Assembly: GCA_016933055.1 (NCBI GenBank)
Contig: JAFGBS010000036.1
Span: forward strand, 1 to 32,000
Direction of reading: 5' to 3'
Source: Promethearchaeota archaeon
GTDB lineage: Archaea > Asgardarchaeota > Lokiarchaeia > Sigyniarchaeales > Promethearchaeaceae
Length of the DNA: 32,000 nt
Positions 1 to 8,440 of this stretch are shown here, piece by piece (position 1 is the first letter of the stretch; each line of letters opens with the position of its first letter). Under the pieces are notes generated by a model, which was not told where the DNA came from, did not search any database, and worked only from the letters and a program-made list of their open reading frames with translations. The position numbers were made by a program, and so were the translations under genes.

Positions 1-210
1 TTAATTTGTTCTATCTTATCTTGTAAGAATAATTGCTTCAACTTGTCAATATCTGCTGATTGTTTGCAGAAGACCTTGATGAACATGGTGGGATACTTCT
101 CAATGACCTCATATTGATTTCCCGGATCTAATCTGTTCTTTATTCAAGTATTAATTCCCCTTTCTTCAGGAAAATTAAATACATCAAATAGTCATTGTTT
201 TCATTAACTC

Positions 211-990
211 ATGGAGTTATCAAAAAGTACATTATTGTTGTCATTACAATATAAGGGTACATTTAATATCCTGGATTTGATGGGTTATGTGCCCATTAAA
301 TATAATGAATTGAAACTTAGACTGAAGGAGCAGATTTCAGCGCGCACTCTCGACCATCGTTTAAGTGATCTCGTAGAAGTAGGTCTTCTGGCGCGAACGA
401 CAATATTTTATGGACAAAACCAATTATTGAAGGAATATGAACTAACTACCCAAGGAATTCTAGTAAAAGCATTACTAAACGGAATCGCTCTTCAAGATCG
501 AAATACAATAGCTATAACATTGAAATCTGTCAGTAAAACCACACCACTATCTCAAATCCCTCAAACTACACAAATTGAAAAATCCATTCTCCAAAAAACC
601 CTCACAGACGTGTCGCGAATATATCGTATTTATCAAAAATTTAATTGGAAAGAGACATGGAATAGTTTAAAACGGATTTGTAAAAGAAACGGTGAGATTA
701 TGACTCTTTCCGCGCACCCACAAAAAAACGTGATAATCGATGTTTCCGATATGGGGATCGAAGTGGAAACAACCAAAGGAAAAAGGTTAGTTGAAACAGG
801 GAAAATAAAACAAGCTTATTCATGGTTGTTAAAAGATGGAAAACTTGATCGGGATGATCATAAAAAAGCTAGTTATCGGAGTTCTTTCATTTGTGCATTA
901 CTAAGTAAGTTGGAATGGGTGGATTATCAGAAGAAACCAAAAATAACAATCTTTCTGAAGGAAAATAGTACTAATTCGATTAGAATCTGA
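211..990 (+). CDS. HxlR-type winged-helix protein fused to an unnamed C-terminal 'SYRSSF' domain
   Basis: N-terminal ISARTLDHRLSDLVEVGLLART...EYELTTQG matches the HxlR wHTH pattern. The last ~115 aa align with the C-terminus of ORF 11014..12672 (SYRSSFICALLSKL vs SYRSSFVCSLLSQL). Confidence 0.7.
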   Translation: MELSKSTLLLSLQYKGTFNILDLMGYVPIKYNELKLRLKEQISARTLDHRLSDLVEVGLLARTTIFYGQNQLLKEYELTTQGILVKALLNGIALQDRNTIAITLKSVSKTTPLSQIPQTTQIEKSILQKTLTDVSRIYRIYQKFNWKETWNSLKRICKRNGEIMTLSAHPQKNVIIDVSDMGIEVETTKGKRLVETGKIKQAYSWLLKDGKLDRDDHKKASYRSSFICALLSKLEWVDYQKKPKITIFLKENSTNSIRI

Positions 991-1101
991 TTGAAACTAC
1001 CTTATATCAATATCTATCCTTTCAAAAAATCACTCCCGCTATGTATTAAGCGAAAAGTTTTGCGCTTAGAACCATTTAACCTGTAACTCACTTTCAGATT
1101 C

Positions 1102-2508
1102 ATGGGTTCATCACATGAATCTCCCCGTATTTCAACTGGAATGTTCCGAGCACTGGGAATTACTTCTGATATTTCAATTCTTTTGCAACTCCAAACAGTA
1201 AATCTTGAAGTACATAACTGGGATAAGATATTGAATGATTTACAATCCGTATGGAAAAATCAGAATTATCTCTATATGTTAATTAAAGAGGATGAACAAC
1301 AGATTTATGCATTTTATATCGGAAAATCCACACAAAAGAAATTTCGACGCCTAATTGATCATTTTGAAGGATTGAAAAAAGCAGAACAGGCATATGAAAA
1401 TGATCAACTCGATATGGCTTTTTTTCATCATCGTATGTATCACCAACTATTCACAACAAAATCATCCATACCATTAAGATTGGATATAATTGAGTGGAAG
1501 GAAAACAAAACGATGCTGGGGATCTTTCCTTTTCCTATTGAATGTAATGTTAGTAATGCAGAAGCTCTCCTGATCTCCCATTTATCATCCCATTTCCCTG
1601 AAGCAAATATTAACCACGATTTTATCACTAGGTTGCGATGGAATCATCTCAACCTCTCAAATTTACAAATATCTTCTAATGTTCAAGTAATTATTGAGGG
1701 AAACTCCCCAGTACAATTATGGAATAATTGGTGTGACCAGTGGTTTTTGCAACCAAAATTACTAATCTCAACGAAATCGAAAAAGGCTAATAATTTCCTT
1801 GAGTCTTCAATTGAACATATTCCTTTATTCTCAACTATTTCTTTAGAAGATGGAAAACAAGAAGTCCAAACACACCTGAGTAAAAATGGAACCCTTCTAT
1901 TCATACGGTCTCCCTCAATGGAAAAACAGGTAATCAATGCGGTGAAAATTGTGAAAGATTCCTATGATTACTACGTAAAAAATCAAGCATCAATCCACAA
2001 ACCATTTTTTAGTGATGGTTTGGTCTATATGGTATATTTATTGCGAGATGACGCGAAAAAAATAGGATTACCGTTAGAAATTGAGCAACAAACAGAGATC
2101 ATTCCTATTTATATAGGCCAAACGCAAGCTGTAGGACGATCAAGTGGAGGATTTTCCAAAAATTTGAAAGGTGTTGCTAAAGGGAAAAACAAGCAATATT
2201 TTGCACGATGGGGGAACGACAGAGCACGCCATATCGGAGGTTTATCCCTCCGATTTTATGATCTTCCTAATAATTATAAAAGTACGAATTATGAACAGTG
2301 GGTTGAAACAATATTTGATAATCTATGCCGGGTACAAAAACGCCCAATTCTTAAGTGTCCTGTTTATTTCCAGATGAAACCTACTTATCCATATAATGTG
2401 GTATTTGGTGGAAAATTGGGACTTTTTACTCCCGAATTGGAAACAATCCTGATTGCTTTAGGTCGTCAGTTATTCCCAGAGATTCTAATTAATAAGGCAA
2501 AACGTTAA
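1102..2508 (+). CDS. Protein with two tandem GIY-YIG-like nuclease domains
   Basis: Domain 1: YLYM...FYIGKS...RRLIDH...EALLI...FPEANIN. Domain 2: LVYMVY...IYIGQT...ARWGNDRARH...ETILI...FPEILIN. Confidence 0.65.
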   Translation: MGSSHESPRISTGMFRALGITSDISILLQLQTVNLEVHNWDKILNDLQSVWKNQNYLYMLIKEDEQQIYAFYIGKSTQKKFRRLIDHFEGLKKAEQAYENDQLDMAFFHHRMYHQLFTTKSSIPLRLDIIEWKENKTMLGIFPFPIECNVSNAEALLISHLSSHFPEANINHDFITRLRWNHLNLSNLQISSNVQVIIEGNSPVQLWNNWCDQWFLQPKLLISTKSKKANNFLESSIEHIPLFSTISLEDGKQEVQTHLSKNGTLLFIRSPSMEKQVINAVKIVKDSYDYYVKNQASIHKPFFSDGLVYMVYLLRDDAKKIGLPLEIEQQTEIIPIYIGQTQAVGRSSGGFSKNLKGVAKGKNKQYFARWGNDRARHIGGLSLRFYDLPNNYKSTNYEQWVETIFDNLCRVQKRPILKCPVYFQMKPTYPYNVVFGGKLGLFTPELETILIALGRQLFPEILINKAKR

Positions 2509-2538
2509 TTTCTTTCGAGCCACCTACCTCTTTTAGAT

Positions 2539-2835
2539 TTAATTGTTGTATTTTCCTCCTTCATTAAATACAGAATGAAATGCTTCACTATAACACTTAA
2601 TACACACATTTATTATTTTTGAACCATCGTTAGATAAGTGGAAATATTGCTCTATGAGGGGCTTTTTGGATGATTTAGATGAATTTAAGTAGTCTAAAAG
2701 ATACTCCTGATCTTCAGAATTTATGCATGATAACTCAAAATCAACTTTTTGATACTCTGATATATTTATAGGAGAATTACAGTAATAACAGAACGTTATC
2801 GATGAGTTCTTCATTTTATCAAACTGTGAGTTCAT
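2539..2835 (-). CDS. Small putative zinc-binding protein
   Basis: 98-aa ORF with CYYC and CIKC pairs, and a TATA-like sequence about 20-30 nt upstream. Confidence 0.5.
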   Translation of the reverse strand: MNSQFDKMKNSSITFCYYCNSPINISEYQKVDFELSCINSEDQEYLLDYLNSSKSSKKPLIEQYFHLSNDGSKIINVCIKCYSEAFHSVFNEGGKYNN

Positions 2836-2920
2836 GTTGATTAGGAAAATCCTTTATATTTAAATCCAAAAATGGATATAAACAACACAAAACATCGCAT
2901 TAAAAAAAAAAACAAATGAT

Positions 2921-3400
2921 TCAGGTTGGTAATTCAATTACTTTTTGTTTAGAGATTATTTCAATTAATCTTTTAGGTTCTTTTTTTAATAGTGTGGAAA
3001 TCAGTTGTAAATATCCCCCGATTCCTCGTTTATCAATAGCAATCACTACTTTTGGATGGTCTAAGTAGTCTTCAACAACCTTACGATATTTTTTTCCCAT
3101 GATAACCAAAATCTTATCGTAATTCTGTAAATATTTTTCAAATTGGTCATTTGTTGCCGATTTTAATCTCAGAATATCTTGCATCGTCTCGATCCTTTTC
3201 TCATATGGTTCTATAACATCATCTGAGTCAATAAGTCCGTATTTTGCACTCAGAATCTTAAGCTTTGCATCTATTTTTCGAGATAACTTCACAATCATCT
3301 TGAACAGTTGACCTTGATATAATTCGATTGCTTTACTCGATCTGTCAAGTTTAGATTTAGAGCAACTTGTTAATATCATTATTTTGGGTTTCAAATGCAA
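2921..3400 (-). CDS. DUF6884/YaaA-like family protein (start probably TTG at 3394)
   Basis: ILTSCSKSK...AIELYQGQLF...ILSAKYGLI...IEPYE pattern. An AGGAG SD lies 7 nt before the TTG at 3394. Confidence 0.65.
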   Translation of the reverse strand: MHLKPKIMILTSCSKSKLDRSSKAIELYQGQLFKMIVKLSRKIDAKLKILSAKYGLIDSDDVIEPYEKRIETMQDILRLKSATNDQFEKYLQNYDKILVIMGKKYRKVVEDYLDHPKVVIAIDKRGIGGYLQLISTLLKKEPKRLIEIISKQKVIELPT

Positions 3401-3476
3401 TCTCCTTTACACCAAATGATGATTCAATGGTCAATTCTAGTATTGTTTTTAGCACTTATGTACATTATTTACTCAA

Positions 3477-4565
3477 ATGTCATCAATACCCACCGATTCA
3501 TTTGAAGACATTTCCACAGAATTCTCCCACTACTTCCAGGTCGGTTCGCTGACTTCCAGTTATAAGCCCGTTCTCCTAAAGTCGATTTTATTTTGTATAA
3601 AGCGAGGCAAAACTCAACGTATGAGGGATATTCACTTCATATCCATGGATAACATTGCCATCTATTTCCTTAAATTCTACTTCTCGCTATATCGGCGCTT
3701 TAATATTAAGCAATTGACCTCGAAAAATAACAAAATCACGATCTATCGGATAATCGACCGTTATATCGATGAAGAAACCACGAAATTATACGATCGGGAC
3801 ATCTCGGATGAGATTGTTGATAAGATAAAAAAAGCCCTTTATAGAAATGTCATTTATCTGCTGAGACAAGATTCATATTTTTATGAATTCTACGATTCCC
3901 ATCACGATGTGATCGCTTTACCCCGTGAGATAAAGGATGAGCAAGATTTCAACCATCTGCTTAAGAAACTTGACGTACACCGCAGAGAAATCGCTTTCAT
4001 CGGCATCCCGGATAAAATTGTTTTATTCATCGAAATGAATCGCCCAATTCTGGATGCCGCGATTAATGCGAATCTTGCTCTATTTCTGGAAAAGATTAAC
4101 ACAGTTCCAAATTTGAACATCAAAATTCTTGCAGCGGATGGTAGTTTCGATGAGATCCGAAACATCTCTCCATTATTAAAAGAGAAATTATGTGCGTATC
4201 AGAACGACTGTTGTTTTTATTGCGGGAAAAACATGAGTGATACTGCCGAAGCGGATCATTTTGTACCGTATAATTATCTTTTTGACTCTCAGATTTGGAA
4301 CATCGTCGGTGCGTGTGAGAAATGCAACGGGAAAAAGTCGAATCATGTGGTTCAGGAAGAATATTTGAGGAAAATACAGGAACGGAATTTGGAAGAGGAA
4401 TTTAGGCACGTATTTTTCCAAGATAGACTGGATTCGTTGGAATTTGCGCAAAATATGAATAAAATCTTGGAACAGCACTATCGGAATTGTTTATTAAATT
4501 TCAAATTGCTAAAAAAGCGAAATCTTTCAGTTGATTTTGGAAAAGAAATATCTCATATGTACTAA
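3477..4565 (+). CDS. HNH endonuclease with a 'SYKPVLL' N-terminal putative DNA-recognition domain
   Basis: CCFYCG...EADHFVP...WNIVGACEKCNGKKSN is a zinc-binding HNH motif. N-terminal TSSYKPVLLKSIL is typical of this HNH family. Confidence 0.85.
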   Translation: MSSIPTDSFEDISTEFSHYFQVGSLTSSYKPVLLKSILFCIKRGKTQRMRDIHFISMDNIAIYFLKFYFSLYRRFNIKQLTSKNNKITIYRIIDRYIDEETTKLYDRDISDEIVDKIKKALYRNVIYLLRQDSYFYEFYDSHHDVIALPREIKDEQDFNHLLKKLDVHRREIAFIGIPDKIVLFIEMNRPILDAAINANLALFLEKINTVPNLNIKILAADGSFDEIRNISPLLKEKLCAYQNDCCFYCGKNMSDTAEADHFVPYNYLFDSQIWNIVGACEKCNGKKSNHVVQEEYLRKIQERNLEEEFRHVFFQDRLDSLEFAQNMNKILEQHYRNCLLNFKLLKKRNLSVDFGKEISHMY

Positions 4566-4652
4566 TTCCCAATTTATCTGATCTTCTTTAATTCTGAATC
4601 CATGGTAGGTAATAATATAACATTCAATGATTCCTCATTGAAATAAAATGAT

Positions 4653-6626
4653 CTAAGGATCTTTTTTCGCTGAGTTGGTATCTATTCGATCTAAATATTC
4701 TTGATAAGCTTGGAATTTCTGTGTTATGATATTGTTAATGAAATTCCCAATCTTTATTTCAAAGTCATATTTAGTTCTATCTCTTTTTTGGAGTTGCTCT
4801 ACCATAACTTTAGATAGGTATTCTGAAAACTCTTTCTTGTTTATTCCAAAGAGTATCTCATCTGTAACAATATCTTCAACTTTTTCCTCATCTTTCATTT
4901 CTGATAGTCTTTTTCTAGCTTGATCATAAATTTCCTCTTCTTTTCCTTCATAACTTTCTTCATTGTCTGATATGTATTTTTTTATTGCACGAATGATTTC
5001 TTCATGGGAAAAATTAACTGTAGCAAAATCGGGATATGGTAAGTAATAGTTTTCTTCAGGTATGCCCTTATCTTTGAGATTTGCTACTTTACCTGGCAGA
5101 GATTCTTTTTTATCCAAATCTAAAACAAGGAAGGATCTCTTGCTAATAACTTTGAAATAGTATTCAATGAAAAGGAAGTCTCTACTTTTACCATTTAAAG
5201 GAACTGCGATAACTGGTACTCCAATTATATAATAAACCATATATAACCATTCTCTTAAGAAAATATAATCTGTTGAGCCTTCTACAAAAATAATTACAGA
5301 ATTTTTTGGGGTTAATCCGTAATCTAGAAGTAGATTATCGAGGTGTTCATAGAATTCTTCTTCTGTATCAAAATAAAAATTTGGTTTCCAAAAATCTGTT
5401 GCTTTTTCTTTTTCTGCAGGAAATTGCAATCCATTTTTTTCCCAAATTTTCGTAAATGCCTCTAAGTATCGGGATATTTGAATGAGGTTCATGAGGTAAT
5501 TGAGAAATCCTTTAAGTTTTTTTTTTTTGCTTGGTTTGATGATAGACAATATGTCAACAATTTTCTCTAAACCATCGAAATTTCCGACCAAAAGACATTC
5601 TATCTTTTTATAGAGATCTCGAAGAGTCTTTAAGTCATCAGTTGAAAAATCAGAGGATAGAGATTTTAGCTTTTTATCATACCAATTATTATACTCCGAA
5701 ATCCCATCTTGAACATTTTTATTATCATCCCTTACCCAAGGATCGTATTTCCTCCAACTCATATTAACGCGTGGATTACTTCCTAGAGTGTAAAAAAAAG
5801 GACGTGTAAAGGATTCCACTCTAATCCATAATCTCAAAATATCAGGTTTTAGCCAACAATACTGGACGTAAAATATTTCTCTGAGAAGATTATAATTTTT
5901 CGCCGAATCGACTTTCATTTGAATAAATTCTTCTATGGAATTGTTTTTAGATTTCAATGATTCTTTTATTCGATTTATTACGTAGTCATCAAATCGAAAT
6001 CTGCGTATCCAATAGAATTTCTCAAAATGACTCCTATTACTTAATAATGATAAAGAATCACCTCTCATTAGGGTCATAGCTTGAATGAACTGGATTGGAT
6101 GGTAATAATATCGAGTTTCTTCAATAGAAATTTTTATATATTTCTCTTCAGTAGTTTCAGATATTTCAGTTTTTTTTTCCTCGGGAACCTCAAGGGTATG
6201 CTCAATTTTCTGATGATTCCAAAAATCTGTTTCAATAAAGTTATTTAATTTACTCTCTTCCGTGGTATCAATATTATAAATTTCCTCCGGAAAATCTATA
6301 ATTCCAAAATCGTCCATTTTTTTCCATGAATTTAGAGTAACCCTATTAATCAGAACCTCCTTATCGTTGATACATTGAAGGAATGGATGGTTTTTTGGGA
6401 ATTTTGCAACACAAAAGGGCTTGATCAATCCAATAAAGTTATACCATTCCATTAGTATACAAAAATCCTCAAATCTCTCAAATCCTCTTTTTATTTTCAG
6501 TTTTGAATACCATATAAACATATCTTTCAAATCTATTAACTCTCGAGCATATATGGGGCAGTAATTTAAATATTCTTCGAAAATCTCTCGATAATTGTTA
6601 GATTTGGTTTCAGAATCAGCCATCAA
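4653..6626 (-). CDS. Protein with a C-terminal OLD-type TOPRIM domain and a large unassigned N-terminus
   Basis: IIFVEGSTDY and FLVLDLD (DxD) TOPRIM motifs in the last third. No Walker A motif was seen in the N-terminal ~440 aa. Confidence 0.65.
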   Translation of the reverse strand: MMADSETKSNNYREIFEEYLNYCPIYARELIDLKDMFIWYSKLKIKRGFERFEDFCILMEWYNFIGLIKPFCVAKFPKNHPFLQCINDKEVLINRVTLNSWKKMDDFGIIDFPEEIYNIDTTEESKLNNFIETDFWNHQKIEHTLEVPEEKKTEISETTEEKYIKISIEETRYYYHPIQFIQAMTLMRGDSLSLLSNRSHFEKFYWIRRFRFDDYVINRIKESLKSKNNSIEEFIQMKVDSAKNYNLLREIFYVQYCWLKPDILRLWIRVESFTRPFFYTLGSNPRVNMSWRKYDPWVRDDNKNVQDGISEYNNWYDKKLKSLSSDFSTDDLKTLRDLYKKIECLLVGNFDGLEKIVDILSIIKPSKKKKLKGFLNYLMNLIQISRYLEAFTKIWEKNGLQFPAEKEKATDFWKPNFYFDTEEEFYEHLDNLLLDYGLTPKNSVIIFVEGSTDYIFLREWLYMVYYIIGVPVIAVPLNGKSRDFLFIEYYFKVISKRSFLVLDLDKKESLPGKVANLKDKGIPEENYYLPYPDFATVNFSHEEIIRAIKKYISDNEESYEGKEEEIYDQARKRLSEMKDEEKVEDIVTDEILFGINKKEFSEYLSKVMVEQLQKRDRTKYDFEIKIGNFINNIITQKFQAYQEYLDRIDTNSAKKDP

Positions 6627-6668
6627 TATCCCTATATGATTCTCTTTAAAAATAATTACTGTATCCCG

Positions 6669-6676
6669 TTTATAAA
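6669..6676 (-). promoter_or_regulatory. TATA box candidate for ORF 4653..6626
   Basis: TTTATAAA about 43 nt upstream of the ATG. Confidence 0.4.
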
Positions 6677-6739
6677 GGTTTGAAGTCTAAAGAACTTTCA
6701 TTATCAGGGGATTAATATTTATTATTTCAAATTTGTGAC

Positions 6740-6922
6740 GTGATAGTACGATTTTGATTCTATTTAGATTCTGTGGACCCGAACCTTTATCCGTCTCACC
6801 TACCCGCATGAACTGTTTAAAACTACGTTGTTAACTATTCAGACAATACTGTTACCTCTTCTACATGTGTTGAGAGAGGAAAAATGGATGAAAAATTATT
6901 TAAATCACTAGATAGATGTTGA
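6740..6922. repeat. Copy 1 of a diverged ~180-bp non-coding direct repeat (copy 2 at 13607-13779)
   Basis: Shared blocks: TTCTGTGGA, CCTTTATCCGT, CACCTACCCGCA, TACTGTTACCTCTT, ACATGTGT, GAGGAAAAATG and ATTTAwATCAC..GA.AGAT.TTGA. Confidence 0.85.
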
Positions 6923-7372
6923 CTGGTTATACTGGATTTGGAGGTGGGTTGGGATCATGCATAATTTCAACCACATCTGATTGAGAACTCTCTTCTTGCT
7001 CTCCAAACCACTCATTATCATTGTTTTGAGCAATAACTTCGAGTGTGGAAGTTTCTATCGAGTCTGGAGTGTCAATGCTATAAACATGGGATGTTTGTCC
7101 ACACATTATTTCTCTCTTGTTGCAGAAATTTATACAATTCTCTTGAAGAACATGATTTAGAAGAAAGAGAACACGAAGAGGATGGGAGGGTGTTCGTCAT
7201 GAAATTGACAAGATTGGGGTAATCTGTTGCCATTTTGTTCGTTTAGGTATTCTTTAAAGATATTTTATTGGAATTTTATCGAAAACGAACAATCAGCACT
7301 TAAATTCAACAGTAAAATTATATACGAAATTTTAGATATACAGAATGAGTTCATTTTATTGAGGAGGTTTTT

Positions 7373-8317
7373 TTGGATAAAAATAATCAAGATTACCTAT
7401 ATTTACGTAAATTAGGATTATCACATGAAGAAATCATAAATCGAATAAAACGGTACAGTAATCAGGGATTAACCGAAAGCGATGCATTAAAGACTCTAAA
7501 AACAGATGAAGAGAGAATCATTGAAATTCATATCGAAATCGAAGGATTAAAAGTTTATTTTCTTAAGGTTCTTGCAGAGATTTTAGAGTTTCAAGTGATC
7601 CCAAATTTTCGTCAAGAACCTATTGATCTTGAACTCTATGGTATAAACAATCAAAAACTGTATGAAATTAATTCATTACCTGTGTTGTTGGCAGTATTAG
7701 AAGAGATTAAAGCAGAAAATGAAAAACGAATACCTGCAAAATATCCAGATTGGAATGATTATGGATATTTTCCTTATCATCGAAATCAAGCTATATCCAA
7801 ATTATTAGAAAGTCGTGATTGGTATGTAGGAAGGTTAAAAACATATAAAAAACAAGGAATTTCAATAGATTTTCCATTCCAATCAGTAAAACCCACGTTT
7901 TTTAAAATTCCTGATAAAATCCAAAATACAAACTTAATCTCGGTTATGATGCCTTTCAGAGAAGAATTTGATCCTATTTTTCAGGAAATCATGAAAGTTT
8001 GTGAAAACTTATCTATGGAATGCAAACGAGCTGATCAGATATTCGATAACTATATTGCAATTCAAGATGTGTTTGATTTAATATATCTCGCTCGTTGTAT
8101 TATTGTGGAACTTACAGGAAAAAATCCGAATGTATTCTATGAGTTAGGGATTTCTCATGCTTTTGGGAAAAAAGTCATTCCGATTATCCGAAAAAGTGGA
8201 GAAAAAATTCCATTCGATGTGCAACATCACAAGGCTATCGAATATGAGGGTGATAAAATGGATGATTTCCGAGAGAAACTGGATAAACGACTAAAAATCA
8301 TATTGAGTATTGCTTAG
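7373..8317 (+). CDS. Protein with a C-terminal nucleoside 2-deoxyribosyltransferase-like / TIR-like domain
   Basis: VMMPF...CKRAD...IIVELTGKNPNVFYELGISHAFGK...IPFDV...IEY is the signature of this family. TTG start with a GAGGAGG SD. Confidence 0.75.
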   Translation: MDKNNQDYLYLRKLGLSHEEIINRIKRYSNQGLTESDALKTLKTDEERIIEIHIEIEGLKVYFLKVLAEILEFQVIPNFRQEPIDLELYGINNQKLYEINSLPVLLAVLEEIKAENEKRIPAKYPDWNDYGYFPYHRNQAISKLLESRDWYVGRLKTYKKQGISIDFPFQSVKPTFFKIPDKIQNTNLISVMMPFREEFDPIFQEIMKVCENLSMECKRADQIFDNYIAIQDVFDLIYLARCIIVELTGKNPNVFYELGISHAFGKKVIPIIRKSGEKIPFDVQHHKAIEYEGDKMDDFREKLDKRLKIILSIA

Positions 8318-8440
8318 TTGAATGAGATTTCATTCAAACTATCATAATCTTAATGGAATCGAATTTTACGTGAAAAAGGATTTTCAGGTAATTATTTAAG
8401 TCTCAATGTTAAAGGAATTCAATGGTATTATTACTTTTTA

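Noticed and set aside
1-140. Minus-strand open frame running off the left edge (RLDPGNQYEVIEKYPTMFIKVFC...)
   Set aside because: It is too short within the window and the start is ambiguous, so it cannot be called.
6740-6922. 180-bp repeat as a group II intron domain V or HEARO/omega RNA
   Set aside because: Only short look-alike words occur (GAGCC, TTAAACAGTTC, CTACGTT). The CGTGC/GCACG hairpin of copy 2 is not preserved in copy 1, and the canonical structure cannot be built.
6927-7106. 59-aa minus-strand ORF (MCGQTSHVYSID...HDPNPPPNPV)
   Set aside because: It reads like a coding remnant, but it has no clear start signal and no recognisable family, so it is not supported as a gene.
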